A stretch of DNA of 64,000 bases from Candidatus Pseudoruminococcus merdavium (GCA_904419745.1 CAJFSS010000007.1:1-64000), one strand, 5' to 3'; shown: positions 20,382 to 29,534, counted from the stretch's first letter. Notes: a model not told the origin generated them from the letters alone. Program-made: numbers and translations.

Positions 20382-22249
20382 GTTCGCTTTTTCCATTTCA
20401 GTAAAAATGCAGAGTTGATGATCACGAGGACAGATCCGGTGTTGTGGACCAGTGCGCCGACTACCGGGTTTAAGACACCGGTAATCGCCAAAATAATCGC
20501 GGCAAAGTTTAGGGCCATAGAAAACGTGAGATTGCACTTAATAGTCACCATCATCCGCTTGGAAAGCGCCAGCAGATGTGGAAGTTCCTTGACCTCATCA
20601 TCCACAAGCGCAATATCCGCCGCATCCACGGCGATATCACTGCCAACGCCGCCCATCGCAATGCCGATATTCGCTTTTTTCAGTGCCGGGGCGTCGTTGA
20701 CCCCGTCCCCAATCATACAGACGGATTGTCCCTGTTTTTGACAGCTTTCAATAAAACGAAGTTTTTCTTCCGGCAGGCAGTCCGCATGTACTTCCTCAAT
20801 GGAAAGCTGCCCGGCGATGGTTTTCGCAGCACTTTCATGATCTCCTGTGAGCAGTACCGGCGAAACGTCGAGGCCAATCAGCCTGCGCACCATTTCCCCG
20901 CTTTCCGGACGCACGGTATCCGACAGTGCAAGAAATCCCGCTGGCTGCCCATCCACTGATAAATAAATGACCGTACAGCCCCGGTCATCATATAGCTTTC
21001 CGGATTCTAGTAAAGAGGGAACGGAAGTCATCCCTTCCCTGGCAAGCAGCTTGCGGTTTCCCGCAAGAATCCGTCTACCCTGCACAACTGCCGCGACGCC
21101 CTGGCCGGGGATCATCTGGAATTCCTCTGTCTGCGGGAGTTCTTTGGAGATTTCCTGTCTACAGCAGCGCACCACCGCTTTGCCCAAAGGGTGTTCGGAA
21201 CGCTGTTCCGCCGCCGCAGCGAGCAGATAGAGTTCTTCTCTTGCCAAACCCGGCAGAATGCTCTTCACCTCGACCACCTGAGGCGTCCCATAGGTCAGCG
21301 TTCCAGTCTTGTCGAACGCAATTTTAGAGACCGAGGCAAGTCGTTCCAATGCATCGCCTTCTCGTACCAGAAACCCGTGTTTGGTTGCATTTCCAATCGC
21401 CGCCATAATGGCGGTCGGTGTTGCCAGAACCAGCGCGCAGGGACAGAAGACGACCAGAATGGTCACCGCACGGATGATCTGTCCACTGAAAATCCAGGTC
21501 AAGGCAGCTGCTGTCAGTGCGATAACAACAATCCAGGTTGCCCAGCGATCCGCCAACCCGACGATTTTCGCCTTGCCCGCGTCCGCCGACTGTACCAGCC
21601 GGATCATCCTCTGGATAGAACTGTCCTCCCCGACCTTTGTTGCCCTCATATCAAAAGAGCCGAACTGATTGACCGTCCCACTGGAAACTTCATCCCCAGC
21701 ACTTTTGTCTACCGGAAGGGATTCTCCGGTCATCACCGCCTGGTTAATGGAGGTCTGTCCGGACAGGATCACCCCGTCCACCGGGATGGTTTCGCCCGGC
21801 AGCACACGGAGAATATCCCCCACGCAAACCTGCTCCGCCGGGATCACGGTTTCCTGACCTTCAGAAATCACTCTTGCCGTGCGCGGCGTCAGGTGGACAA
21901 GTTTTTCAATCCCTGCCCGCGCTTTCGCTACGGTCAAATCTTCCAGCAGCGCGCCGAGCTGCATGATAAAGGCGACTTCACCCGCAGCAAAATCCTCCCC
22001 AATAATTACCGAGGCAATCAGTGCCAGTGAAACCAGCACGTCCGCTTTGATGTCAAAGGCGGTGACAAGCCCAATCACTGCTTCCAGGATAATCGGGATT
22101 CCACACAGAATAATCGCCACCCATGCCGCATCAAATGGGAGTGGAATCAAATCTAGCATACTGACAAGCAGCGCTATTCCGGAAATCACCAGAAAGGCGA
22201 TATCCTTTTTGGTTCCTCCAATTTCAAGAAATTCTTCCAATTTTTCCAT
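20378..22249 (-). CDS. heavy-metal-translocating P1B-type ATPase lacking an N-terminal HMA domain (CPC motif)
   Basis: 623 aa. Motifs DKTGTLT, GDGVNDAPAL and the transmembrane CPC (VVFCPCALVLATP). The protein begins directly with transmembrane helices. The last helix reads HNTGS, where Cu-type ATPases have MxxSS and Zn-type have DxG. Confidence 0.85.
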   Translation of the reverse strand: MEKLEEFLEIGGTKKDIAFLVISGIALLVSMLDLIPLPFDAAWVAIILCGIPIILEAVIGLVTAFDIKADVLVSLALIASVIIGEDFAAGEVAFIMQLGALLEDLTVAKARAGIEKLVHLTPRTARVISEGQETVIPAEQVCVGDILRVLPGETIPVDGVILSGQTSINQAVMTGESLPVDKSAGDEVSSGTVNQFGSFDMRATKVGEDSSIQRMIRLVQSADAGKAKIVGLADRWATWIVVIALTAAALTWIFSGQIIRAVTILVVFCPCALVLATPTAIMAAIGNATKHGFLVREGDALERLASVSKIAFDKTGTLTYGTPQVVEVKSILPGLAREELYLLAAAAEQRSEHPLGKAVVRCCRQEISKELPQTEEFQMIPGQGVAAVVQGRRILAGNRKLLAREGMTSVPSLLESGKLYDDRGCTVIYLSVDGQPAGFLALSDTVRPESGEMVRRLIGLDVSPVLLTGDHESAAKTIAGQLSIEEVHADCLPEEKLRFIESCQKQGQSVCMIGDGVNDAPALKKANIGIAMGGVGSDIAVDAADIALVDDEVKELPHLLALSKRMMVTIKCNLTFSMALNFAAIILAITGVLNPVVGALVHNTGSVLVIINSAFLLKWKKRT

Positions 22250-22265
22250 TGGATTCCCTCCTTTT

Positions 22266-22306
22266 ATACCTATAGGGGTATATGTTTATTATACGGGTGG
22301 GGGTAT
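22266..22306. promoter_or_regulatory. Promoter (TTGACT, 18 bp spacer, TATAAT on the minus strand) with two degenerate CsoR-like boxes (ATACCTATAGGGGTAT and ATACGGGTGGGGGTAT), upstream of the HMA-less ATPase
   Basis: The half-sites ATACC and GGGTAT match the CsoR boxes upstream of csoR at 25424..25465. One box lies in the promoter spacer and the other just downstream of the -10 element. Confidence 0.45.
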
Positions 22307-22408
22307 TGATAAGTCAAGGGAAACATTTGTACAGCTAAATCCTTTGGCGAACAAAAAATCTCCCGGAACATGCAAATCGTGTCCGGGAGATTTCTTCTGG
22401 GTATCTCT

Positions 22409-25045
22409 TTATTCTGCAGTACAGCTGACCGGGGTGTACCCCGCTTCAGTGACCGCATCCATCAAAACTTTGTCATCCACCTCTTTGGAAAGGGAGACTG
22501 TCGCCTTTTTGTTCTCCAAATCCACAACCGCCTCGCTTACGCCATCGACAGCGGCAAGGGCCTTTTGTACATGTGCCTGACAATGTGCACACATCATGCC
22601 GTCTACAACCAATACTTTTTTCATAAAGATCATTCCTTTCTCATGTTCCACCGGTTGTGCACCGGTTTCAAGGGGATTATTATCTTCCACCGCCGGCAAT
22701 ACTGCCGGGATTTCAGCATGGGGATTGTGCGTATCCTGTCCCTTCTTTTTGAAAAAGCGCAGGCGCAACGCATTCGTAACAACGCAGACGGAACTCAGGC
22801 TCATCGCCGCGGAGCCAATCATCGGGCTCAATCGCAGGCCAAAAGCCGGGAACAGGGCGCCCGCCGCCACCGGAATGCCGAGGATGTTGTAAAAGAATGC
22901 CCAGAACAGGTTCATGTGGATGTTGCGCACCACCGCCCGACTGAGATCAATCGCGTTTGCCACATCATCCAGGGAATCCTTCATCAAAACCACGTCCGCG
23001 GATTCAATTGCAATGTCCGTGCCTGCGCCGATAGCAATACCAATGTCCGCACGGGTCAGGGCCGGAGCGTCGTTGATGCCGTCACCGACCATGGCAACCT
23101 TGTGACCCTGCTCCTGCAAGGCACGGATGTTGGCCTCTTTTTCCGTAGGCAGTACGTCCGAGATGGCCCGCTCAATACCGAGCTCTTTGCGGATCGCTTC
23201 CGCCGTCACCCGGTTGTCCCCGGTCAGCATGACAACATGTAATCCCATCTGAGCAAAGCGTTTGATAGCTGCACGGCTGGTATCGCGGATGGTATCCGCT
23301 ACTGCGATGATCCCCACGAGTTTTCCACCGCGTGCAAAGAGTAACGGAGTCTTGCCCTCCTGCGCCAGGCGCGCTGTCTGCGCGCGTGCCTCTTTTGAAG
23401 CACCATCTTCCGTTAGCAAATGATTTTCCTCCAAAAACGCAATATTTCCGGCAAAATATTCCTGACCGCCCACTTTTGCACGGATTCCACGTCCGGAAAC
23501 CGCTTCAAATTCCTCTGCCGCAGGCAAAGAGAGGTTTTCCAGCTTTGCACGTTCCACAACCGCCTGGGCCAGCGGATGTTCGCTGCCCATCTCCGCAGCG
23601 GCGGCTTCTTTCAAAAATTCCTGCTCGCTCAAAGTGGAATCCAGTACCACAATGTCCGTGACGGACGGGTGCCCAGAGGTGATCGTCCCGGTTTTGTCCA
23701 GGACAATCGTGTCAATGTTATGCAGATTTTCCAAACTCTCCGCAGATTTTATCAAAATTCCCATCTCCGCCGCCTTTCCGGTTCCGACCATGATGGCGAC
23801 GGGTGTGGCAAGCCCCAGTGCGCAAGGGCAGGAGATGACCAGTACAGCAATGGCATTGGACAGGGCAAATTCAAACCCCTGACCGGCAAGCATCCAAATC
23901 ACCGCGGTTAAAATCGCAATCCCAATGACGACCGGGACAAAAATCCCGCTAACACGGTCTGCCAGGCGCGCAATCGGTGCTTTGGAGTTGCCCGCTTCGT
24001 CCACAAGGCGGATGATCTGTGCCAGCGTGGTATCTTCTCCGACTTTGGACGCTTGAAAACGGAAGGTACCGTTTTTATTGATAGTTGCAGAGATTACCGT
24101 ATCCCCGGCTTTTTTCTCCACAGGGATACTCTCTCCGGTAATCGCCGCCTGATCCACATATCCGTGACCTTCAGTAACAACACCGTCCACTGGAATTCCT
24201 TCTCCTGGACGGATTACCAGGATATCCCCGGCGACGACCTGCTCCGCGGGGATGATCTGTTCTTCTCCGTTTCGGAGGACAACCGCTGTTTTGGGAGCAA
24301 GATCCACCAGCTTGCCGAGCGCATCCGAAGTTTTGGATTTGGAACGTGCTTCAAGATATTTTCCAACCGTAACCAGCGTCAGGATCATGGCCGCGGATTC
24401 AAAATACAGTGCATGGGCGTATTCGTGGACGACCGCCATGTCTCCGTGTCCAAACCCATAAGCCATGCGAAACATGGCGAACAACCCATAAACCAGGGAC
24501 GCCCCGGAACCGATTGCCACCAGCGAATCCATGTTGGGGGCACGGTGGAACAGGGATTTCAGACCATTTTGAAAAAAGTGCCGGTTGATAAACAGGATGG
24601 GCACTGTAATGATCAGCTGCAAAAGGGCGTTGACAAGCGTGTTCTCCATGCCAACCAAAAAGGATGGCATCGGCAGGTTCATCATGCCTCCCATCGCAAC
24701 ATACATCAGGGGGATCAGCAGGATAATGGAGGCCACAAGCCGGTGTTTCATGCTTTTCTGGCTTTCTTCCGCCTGTTCCTTTCTCATCTGCCATTCGCTA
24801 CGGAATCCCCCTTCTTTTGCCCGTGCCTGGTGTTCCAGAGAAGATGCGCCGTAACCGATTTCCCTGACCGCACCGATAATGCTCTGCGGATCAAGAGCGG
24901 ATTCATCATAGGTCACCGTCATCTGGTTGGCAAGCAGGCTGACGTTGACGTCTTCAACCCCATCGAGTTTTTGTACACACCGGGTAACATTGGCCTGACA
25001 GGCCGCACAGGTCATCCCGGTCACATTATACTTTTCTGTTTTCAA
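22409..25045 (-). CDS. copA: copper-translocating P-type ATPase CopA with an in-frame C-terminal CopZ-like HMA domain
   Basis: 878 aa. N-terminal HMA domain GMTCAACQ, transmembrane CPC, and the Cu-type signatures YN...MSLSS in the last helices. After the last helix comes a linker of about 40 aa and a 71-aa HMA domain (MKKVLVVDGMMCAHCQAH...) with no stop codon in between. Confidence 0.85.
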   Translation of the reverse strand: MKTEKYNVTGMTCAACQANVTRCVQKLDGVEDVNVSLLANQMTVTYDESALDPQSIIGAVREIGYGASSLEHQARAKEGGFRSEWQMRKEQAEESQKSMKHRLVASIILLIPLMYVAMGGMMNLPMPSFLVGMENTLVNALLQLIITVPILFINRHFFQNGLKSLFHRAPNMDSLVAIGSGASLVYGLFAMFRMAYGFGHGDMAVVHEYAHALYFESAAMILTLVTVGKYLEARSKSKTSDALGKLVDLAPKTAVVLRNGEEQIIPAEQVVAGDILVIRPGEGIPVDGVVTEGHGYVDQAAITGESIPVEKKAGDTVISATINKNGTFRFQASKVGEDTTLAQIIRLVDEAGNSKAPIARLADRVSGIFVPVVIGIAILTAVIWMLAGQGFEFALSNAIAVLVISCPCALGLATPVAIMVGTGKAAEMGILIKSAESLENLHNIDTIVLDKTGTITSGHPSVTDIVVLDSTLSEQEFLKEAAAAEMGSEHPLAQAVVERAKLENLSLPAAEEFEAVSGRGIRAKVGGQEYFAGNIAFLEENHLLTEDGASKEARAQTARLAQEGKTPLLFARGGKLVGIIAVADTIRDTSRAAIKRFAQMGLHVVMLTGDNRVTAEAIRKELGIERAISDVLPTEKEANIRALQEQGHKVAMVGDGINDAPALTRADIGIAIGAGTDIAIESADVVLMKDSLDDVANAIDLSRAVVRNIHMNLFWAFFYNILGIPVAAGALFPAFGLRLSPMIGSAAMSLSSVCVVTNALRLRFFKKKGQDTHNPHAEIPAVLPAVEDNNPLETGAQPVEHEKGMIFMKKVLVVDGMMCAHCQAHVQKALAAVDGVSEAVVDLENKKATVSLSKEVDDKVLMDAVTEAGYTPVSCTAE

Positions 25046-25060
25046 AAGAGATCCTCCCCT

Positions 25061-25402
25061 CTATTTAAGCCTTTTTATCAGTTCCACGGCTTCCTCAATC
25101 ACCTGGGTATTCCCTTTCTGCACTTCCTCAACCACACAGGTTTCCAGGTGACTCTGCAAAACCAGATACCCAAAGGATTGAAGCGCGCTTTCCACTGCGG
25201 CAACCTGCATCAGGATATCCCCACAATAGCGGTTATCATCCAGCATTTTACTGATACCGCCAAGCTGCCCGACCATCCGTTTGATACGGTTTTGCAGCAG
25301 GGTCAGTTCCCTTCCACTGCGGGGCGTCGCCTTGTGGTGACAGGGACATTCGCGCTGCTGCCCGGGGGCATTTGTCTTCTTTTCCTGTTTTTCCATCTGC
25401 AA
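25061..25402 (-). CDS. csoR: CsoR-family metal-sensing transcriptional repressor
   Basis: 113 aa with a CsoR/RcnR helical-bundle pattern (C-H-C metal ligands; ...YCGDILMQVAAVESAL...). Encoded directly upstream of copA. Confidence 0.85.
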   Translation of the reverse strand: MQMEKQEKKTNAPGQQRECPCHHKATPRSGRELTLLQNRIKRMVGQLGGISKMLDDNRYCGDILMQVAAVESALQSFGYLVLQSHLETCVVEEVQKGNTQVIEEAVELIKRLK

Positions 25403-25423
25403 GCCTCCTCAAAATACCCGATA

Positions 25424-25465
25424 GGGGTATTTCGTTTTCTCTATTATAATACCCCCTATGGGTAT
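25424..25465. promoter_or_regulatory. Two canonical CsoR operators, ATACCC-GATAG-GGGTAT and ATACCC-CCTAT-GGGTAT, flanking a TATAAT -10 element upstream of csoR-copA
   Basis: Both boxes are perfect 6-N5-6 inverted repeats and match the known GC-rich CsoR operator architecture. They lie 22 and 47 bp upstream of the csoR start. Confidence 0.7.
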
Positions 25466-25770
25466 TTTCAACCCCCTTTTGAAAAAAACTTTACTTTTTT
25501 ACTGGGAATTCCTTTTTCTTCTTTCTTCTCCACCTGATTGCCATAGATTGAGTATGGGAGATTTTTTAGCCCATTTTTTAAAGGGATACACATACCAAAA
25601 TCTTATAATCAGCACCATTTGACAGGTAAAACCTTTCCAGTTATGATGATGACAGATAAAAATCAAAAAAAGAGGGATTTTTGTGAAAGAGATGCGCAGA
25701 AAAAGGGCAATTGCTACCCGTTTGGGAATACTGTGTGGAGGTGAAAGCTAATTCAAAAGGAGAATCTATT

Positions 25771-26460
25771 ATGAATCATATTCCAAACCCAGATGTCGTT
25801 TTCCCAAACGAATATGGAACTACCTGTTTTCTGAAAAACGTAATTACCGCCCCGAATATTATCGTTGGGGACTATACCTATTATGACGACCCAGTAGATC
25901 CAACCGGATTCGAACACAATAATGTCCTGTTCAACTGGCCGGAATTTGGAGATCGTCTCATAATTGGGAAATTCTGTGCCATTGCAAGCGGGGTACAGTT
26001 TATTATGGGGAGTGCAAACCATCGGATGAACAGTATCAGCACCTATCCCTTCCACGTCTTTGGCGGAATATGGGAAGAAAATACCCCTCCCCATCTCTCC
26101 CAGCTCCCCTTTAAAGGGGATACAGTCATCGGAAATGACGTCTGGATTGGACGGGAAAGCGTGATTTTACCCGGCGTCCATGTAGGCGACGGGGCTATCA
26201 TCGCCGCAAATTCCGTGGTTTCCAAAGATATAGAGCCATATACTCTTGTGGGCGGAAATCCGGCGAAACCAATCCGGAAGCGCTTTGATGAAGAACTGGT
26301 TTCCATGCTCCTTACTCTGCGTTGGTGGGACTTTCCCCCGGAAAAACTGGCCGATTTCCTGCCTTTCCTGTGTGACAGTGATCTTTCCAAAGTAAAAACC
26401 ATCATTGAAAACCTGATCAATCAATCTTCCGTAGAACCTAATTCTACAAAGCTGCTGTAA
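25771..26460 (+). CDS. vat: Vat-family streptogramin A O-acetyltransferase (xenobiotic acetyltransferase with hexapeptide repeats)
   Basis: 229 aa starting at MNHIPNP, with the ribosome-binding site AAAGGAGAA. Strong resemblance to Vat(D)/Vat(B), including GDYTYYD, IGKFCAIASGV...GSANHRM, GNDVWIGRESVILPGVHVGDGAIIAANSVV and LVGGNPAKPIRKRF. Confidence 0.85.
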   Translation: MNHIPNPDVVFPNEYGTTCFLKNVITAPNIIVGDYTYYDDPVDPTGFEHNNVLFNWPEFGDRLIIGKFCAIASGVQFIMGSANHRMNSISTYPFHVFGGIWEENTPPHLSQLPFKGDTVIGNDVWIGRESVILPGVHVGDGAIIAANSVVSKDIEPYTLVGGNPAKPIRKRFDEELVSMLLTLRWWDFPPEKLADFLPFLCDSDLSKVKTIIENLINQSSVEPNSTKLL

Positions 26461-26548
26461 AATTTCCAGAAAAGGACTGCAACCCCAGCAGAAATCGTTA
26501 CAAATATTGGCTTTTTTAAATAATAAAACATATGGCAAGCCAAAAATC

Positions 26549-26592
26549 AAAATTTCCCCTTCCAGCAGTAGTACTGGAAGGGGAAATTTTGA
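26549..26592. terminator. Bidirectional terminator: a 16 bp perfect stem, aaatttccccttccag...ctggaaggggaaattt
   Basis: A long perfect hairpin with flanking A- and T-runs, lying between the convergent vat (+) and the SCA-type ATPase (-). Confidence 0.85.
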
Positions 26593-26598
26593 TCCCAT

Positions 26599-28710
26599 TT
26601 ACAGGATTCGTTGCTGTTTCAACTTTTCCTTCGCATCTTTATGCAGCAGGTTTTCCATACTTTTTAAGCTGATGGCAAGCGTTGAGGCATTGTGCAACAA
26701 GGCAGATGTAGTGGGTTGTATCATTCCACCAACCCCCAGGGCAATCAATGTCCCGTTAATTGCCAAAATGGATTTATAATTTCGGTCGATCCGGCGCATC
26801 ATAGCGGTACTCAGCCGTCGTAGCGTGAGTAACTCCCGTAAATTGTCCGCCCCGATCGTGATATCGGCAATTTCCCGTGCAATCTCCGCCCCATCGCTGA
26901 TGGCGATTCCAACGTCTGCCGCGGACAGCGCCGGAGAATCATTGATCCCGTCCCCAATCATGACAACTCCGCTGCCCCGCTCCCGCTCTTTCAGGACAAA
27001 GTTTGCCTTATCTTCCGGCAGGACTTCAGAATAATATTCGTCCACGCCAACTCTTGCCGCAATAGCCGAAGCCGTGCGCTCGCTATCCCCTGTCATCATG
27101 ACTATTTTCCGGAACCCCTCCGTCTTCAGTTGCGCGATGACTTCAATTGCTTCTTCCCTTAGAGGGTCTTCAATCAGGATCACCGCTGCAAGTTCTCCAT
27201 CCATAGCCAGATAAAGATGGGAAAACTCTGTCGGAAGCCGCTCAAAGCGTTCCTGATATTCCTCCCGTATCTTACAGCCTTCATCTTCAAAAACAAAATG
27301 ATGGCTCCCGATAATAACCCGTTTGTCCCCGATGTAGGAAGTAATACCGTGCGCGACAATATAATCCACTTTGGAGTGCATTTCCTCATGCTCTAAATGC
27401 TGTTGCTGCGCCGCACGCACCACCGCTTTGGCCATGGAATGCGGAAAATGTTCTTCCAGGCAGGCCGCCACTCTCAGCATCTCTTGTGCGTTAAAATCCC
27501 CGAACGGCACGACCTCTTTTACGGTAGGCTGCGCCTTTGTAAGCGTCCCGGTTTTATCAAAGACGATGGTGGACGCGCAAGACAATGCCTCCAGATACTT
27601 TCCGCCTTTGACAGTAATATGATGGGCACTTGCTTCCCGGATAGCGGAAAGCACTGTAATTGGCATAGCAAGCTTTAGCGCGCAGGAAAAATCCACCATC
27701 AGGACAGACAGTGCCTTTGTCAGATTGCGTGTAAACAGCCCGACTAAGAGCGTCCCAAGAAAAGTATAGGGCACCAGACGATCTGCCAAGTGCTCAGCTT
27801 TCCCCTCCACGGCGGACTTAAGTTTTTCCGATTCCTCAATCATGGTGATAATTTTTTCATAGCGGGTCGAACCAGAGACCTCTTTGACCCGGATGGTAAG
27901 CTCTCCTTCTTCTACGACCGTACCCGCATAGGCATAGCTGTCCACTTCTTTTTTCACCGGAAGGCTTTCGCCAGTCAGAGAAGCCTGATTAACCATCGCC
28001 TCTCCTCCTACCACAAGCCCGTCAAAGGGGATCAGATTGCCCATATGGACTACCACTTCATCGGCGGGCTGTATTTCCGAGGCGTCTACCAGGATTTCCT
28101 GTCCCTCCCGCTTAAGCCAGACCTTGCCCACATTTAAGGACATACTGCGTGCCAGATCCCCGACGGATTTCTTATGCGTCCATTCTTCCAGAATTTCTCC
28201 AATTCCAAGCAGGAACATCACAGAACTAGCCGTACGGAAGTCTCCGCGCACAATGGAAATTCCAATTGCCGTTGCATCCAACACAGGGACTTCCAGTTTC
28301 TTTTTGCACAGACACTGAAAACCATGGCGGAGATATTTGAGAGATTTAAACACAATATACCCTGCCCGGACCGGAGTGGGCAGGAACTTGGTAAACAGGT
28401 GCAAAACCGCTTTCCCGATCAGCTTTTCCCGGTATTTGGCATTCAGTCTACGCCCGGAACTTTCCAACACCGCCTGTGGCACGTCCACTTTTTCATACCG
28501 GAACCCTTTCAGGGCAATTATCAGCTGTTCCCGGCTTCCGGTATAAAAAATCGCTGCATCCGCTGTCTGTTCGTAAACTTTCGCCTTGGTGACATAGCTG
28601 AGGCTTTCCAGAAAATAAAGCAGGGTATCCGCCTGTTCAAAAGACATCTTCGCCTGTACCATATGAATACGGATACGCCCGGACATCTCATGTTTGATAA
28701 CAAATTTCAC
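26599..28710 (-). CDS. P1B-type ATPase with an 'SCA' transmembrane motif (P1B-6-like, substrate uncharacterised)
   Basis: 703 aa. Motifs DKTGTLT and GDGINDSPAL. The transmembrane helix carries SCA (MVDFSCALKLAMP) where CPC is usual. The N-terminal domain has a ferredoxin-like fold but lacks CxxC. Confidence 0.85.
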   Translation of the reverse strand: MKFVIKHEMSGRIRIHMVQAKMSFEQADTLLYFLESLSYVTKAKVYEQTADAAIFYTGSREQLIIALKGFRYEKVDVPQAVLESSGRRLNAKYREKLIGKAVLHLFTKFLPTPVRAGYIVFKSLKYLRHGFQCLCKKKLEVPVLDATAIGISIVRGDFRTASSVMFLLGIGEILEEWTHKKSVGDLARSMSLNVGKVWLKREGQEILVDASEIQPADEVVVHMGNLIPFDGLVVGGEAMVNQASLTGESLPVKKEVDSYAYAGTVVEEGELTIRVKEVSGSTRYEKIITMIEESEKLKSAVEGKAEHLADRLVPYTFLGTLLVGLFTRNLTKALSVLMVDFSCALKLAMPITVLSAIREASAHHITVKGGKYLEALSCASTIVFDKTGTLTKAQPTVKEVVPFGDFNAQEMLRVAACLEEHFPHSMAKAVVRAAQQQHLEHEEMHSKVDYIVAHGITSYIGDKRVIIGSHHFVFEDEGCKIREEYQERFERLPTEFSHLYLAMDGELAAVILIEDPLREEAIEVIAQLKTEGFRKIVMMTGDSERTASAIAARVGVDEYYSEVLPEDKANFVLKERERGSGVVMIGDGINDSPALSAADVGIAISDGAEIAREIADITIGADNLRELLTLRRLSTAMMRRIDRNYKSILAINGTLIALGVGGMIQPTTSALLHNASTLAISLKSMENLLHKDAKEKLKQQRIL

Positions 28711-28814
28711 TTAAGATTCCTCCACTGGTTAGACGTCCTGCTGGAAAATAATTTTCCTCCAGCAGGAAAACGGGGCCTTGCCTTCCCCACAGGCTAGCCC
28801 CGAAACCATCATTC

Positions 28815-29093
28815 TTATTCTGCCTCGTTGTCGTTTTCTTCAACAATCCTTGCCGCTTCCTCAGCAGCTCTTTTCTCATTGACTTGCTTAGCTTCCGCAA
28901 AGATATCCTCTGCATTTTCCTGAATAGTGGTAGCGGTTTTCATCACGGATTCCTTTGCACGCAGAGCGGCTGCGGTACACTGGACGTATGCTTTCTTTGC
29001 ATCTTTGCTGGAAAGAAGTTTGATTCCAGCCGTACCAAACAGAACGCCTCCTAAAAACAAACCTACATTTTTCATTGTGCCAATTTTAAACAT
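28815..29093 (-). CDS. YtxH-like small protein: an N-terminal hydrophobic helix followed by a coiled-coil
   Basis: 92 aa starting at MFKIGTMKNVGLFLGGVLFGTAGIKLL, with the ribosome-binding site AAGGAGGAGA. Lies upstream of the SCA ATPase on the same strand. Confidence 0.55.
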   Translation of the reverse strand: MFKIGTMKNVGLFLGGVLFGTAGIKLLSSKDAKKAYVQCTAAALRAKESVMKTATTIQENAEDIFAEAKQVNEKRAAEEAARIVEENDNEAE

Positions 29094-29273
29094 TATGGTC
29101 TCCTCCTTTATTTGTGTCTGTAACCGGTATAAAAAAGCATGATGAAACATACTAGTGCCGCAAAGGCCCAAAAACGGTGCCGTTTCATGTCTCCAATTCC
29201 TCCCTTATTCAAGGATGTTCTCGGTACTCCGTGATTTTCCTGCGCCTTGGATTGTGTACAACAGGATCAAGGG

Positions 29274-29483
29274 CTAGACGAGTATTTTACCGGCCATTTC
29301 CCTGCTGATGGCAACCCGGGAGTTTTTTATGTTTACTATCAAGTTACCGCCGAGTGTAGAAACTACCGTAACTCTCGCCCCAACAACAAAACCGATATCC
29401 TGTAAATGGGATTTCAATCCCTCAGAGCCTCCCACTTTCTTAATAACCTGTTCGATCCCTGCAGGAGCCAGTGTCAACGGCAT
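29274..29483 (-). CDS. free-standing FeoA-family (SH3-like) protein
   Basis: 69 aa with the FeoA domain pattern: MPLTLAPAGIEQVIKKVGG...LQDIGFVVGARVTVV...IVNIKNSRVAISREMAGKILV. Confidence 0.75.
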   Translation of the reverse strand: MPLTLAPAGIEQVIKKVGGSEGLKSHLQDIGFVVGARVTVVSTLGGNLIVNIKNSRVAISREMAGKILV

Positions 29484-29518
29484 ATTTCCTCATCTCCTGT
29501 CCTCATCACCGCCCAAAA

Positions 29519-29534
29519 GTTATCTATAGCTAAC
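29519..29534. promoter_or_regulatory. Candidate operator GTTAT-CTATAG-CTAAC upstream of the feoA-like gene, one mismatch from the GTTAG-N6-CTAAC motif
   Basis: It lies inside a larger palindrome AAAGTTATCTATAGCTAACTTT, 36 to 51 bp upstream of the start codon. There is an extra GTTAG half-site at 29548..29552. Confidence 0.4.

Noticed and set aside
20232-20537. The full 101-aa ORF from the track, overlapping the 3' end of the ATPase gene
   Set aside because: Its upstream 50 codons lie inside the ATPase coding sequence in another frame. Only the last 49 codons, starting at the ATG of the ATGA overlap, are plausible. That shorter version is reported with low confidence.
25711-25770. An N-terminal extension of vat (MLPVWEYCVEVKANSKGESI...)
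   Set aside because: The Vat homology begins at MNHIPNP, which has a good ribosome-binding site. The extension has no Shine-Dalgarno sequence and overlaps a possible leader mini-ORF.
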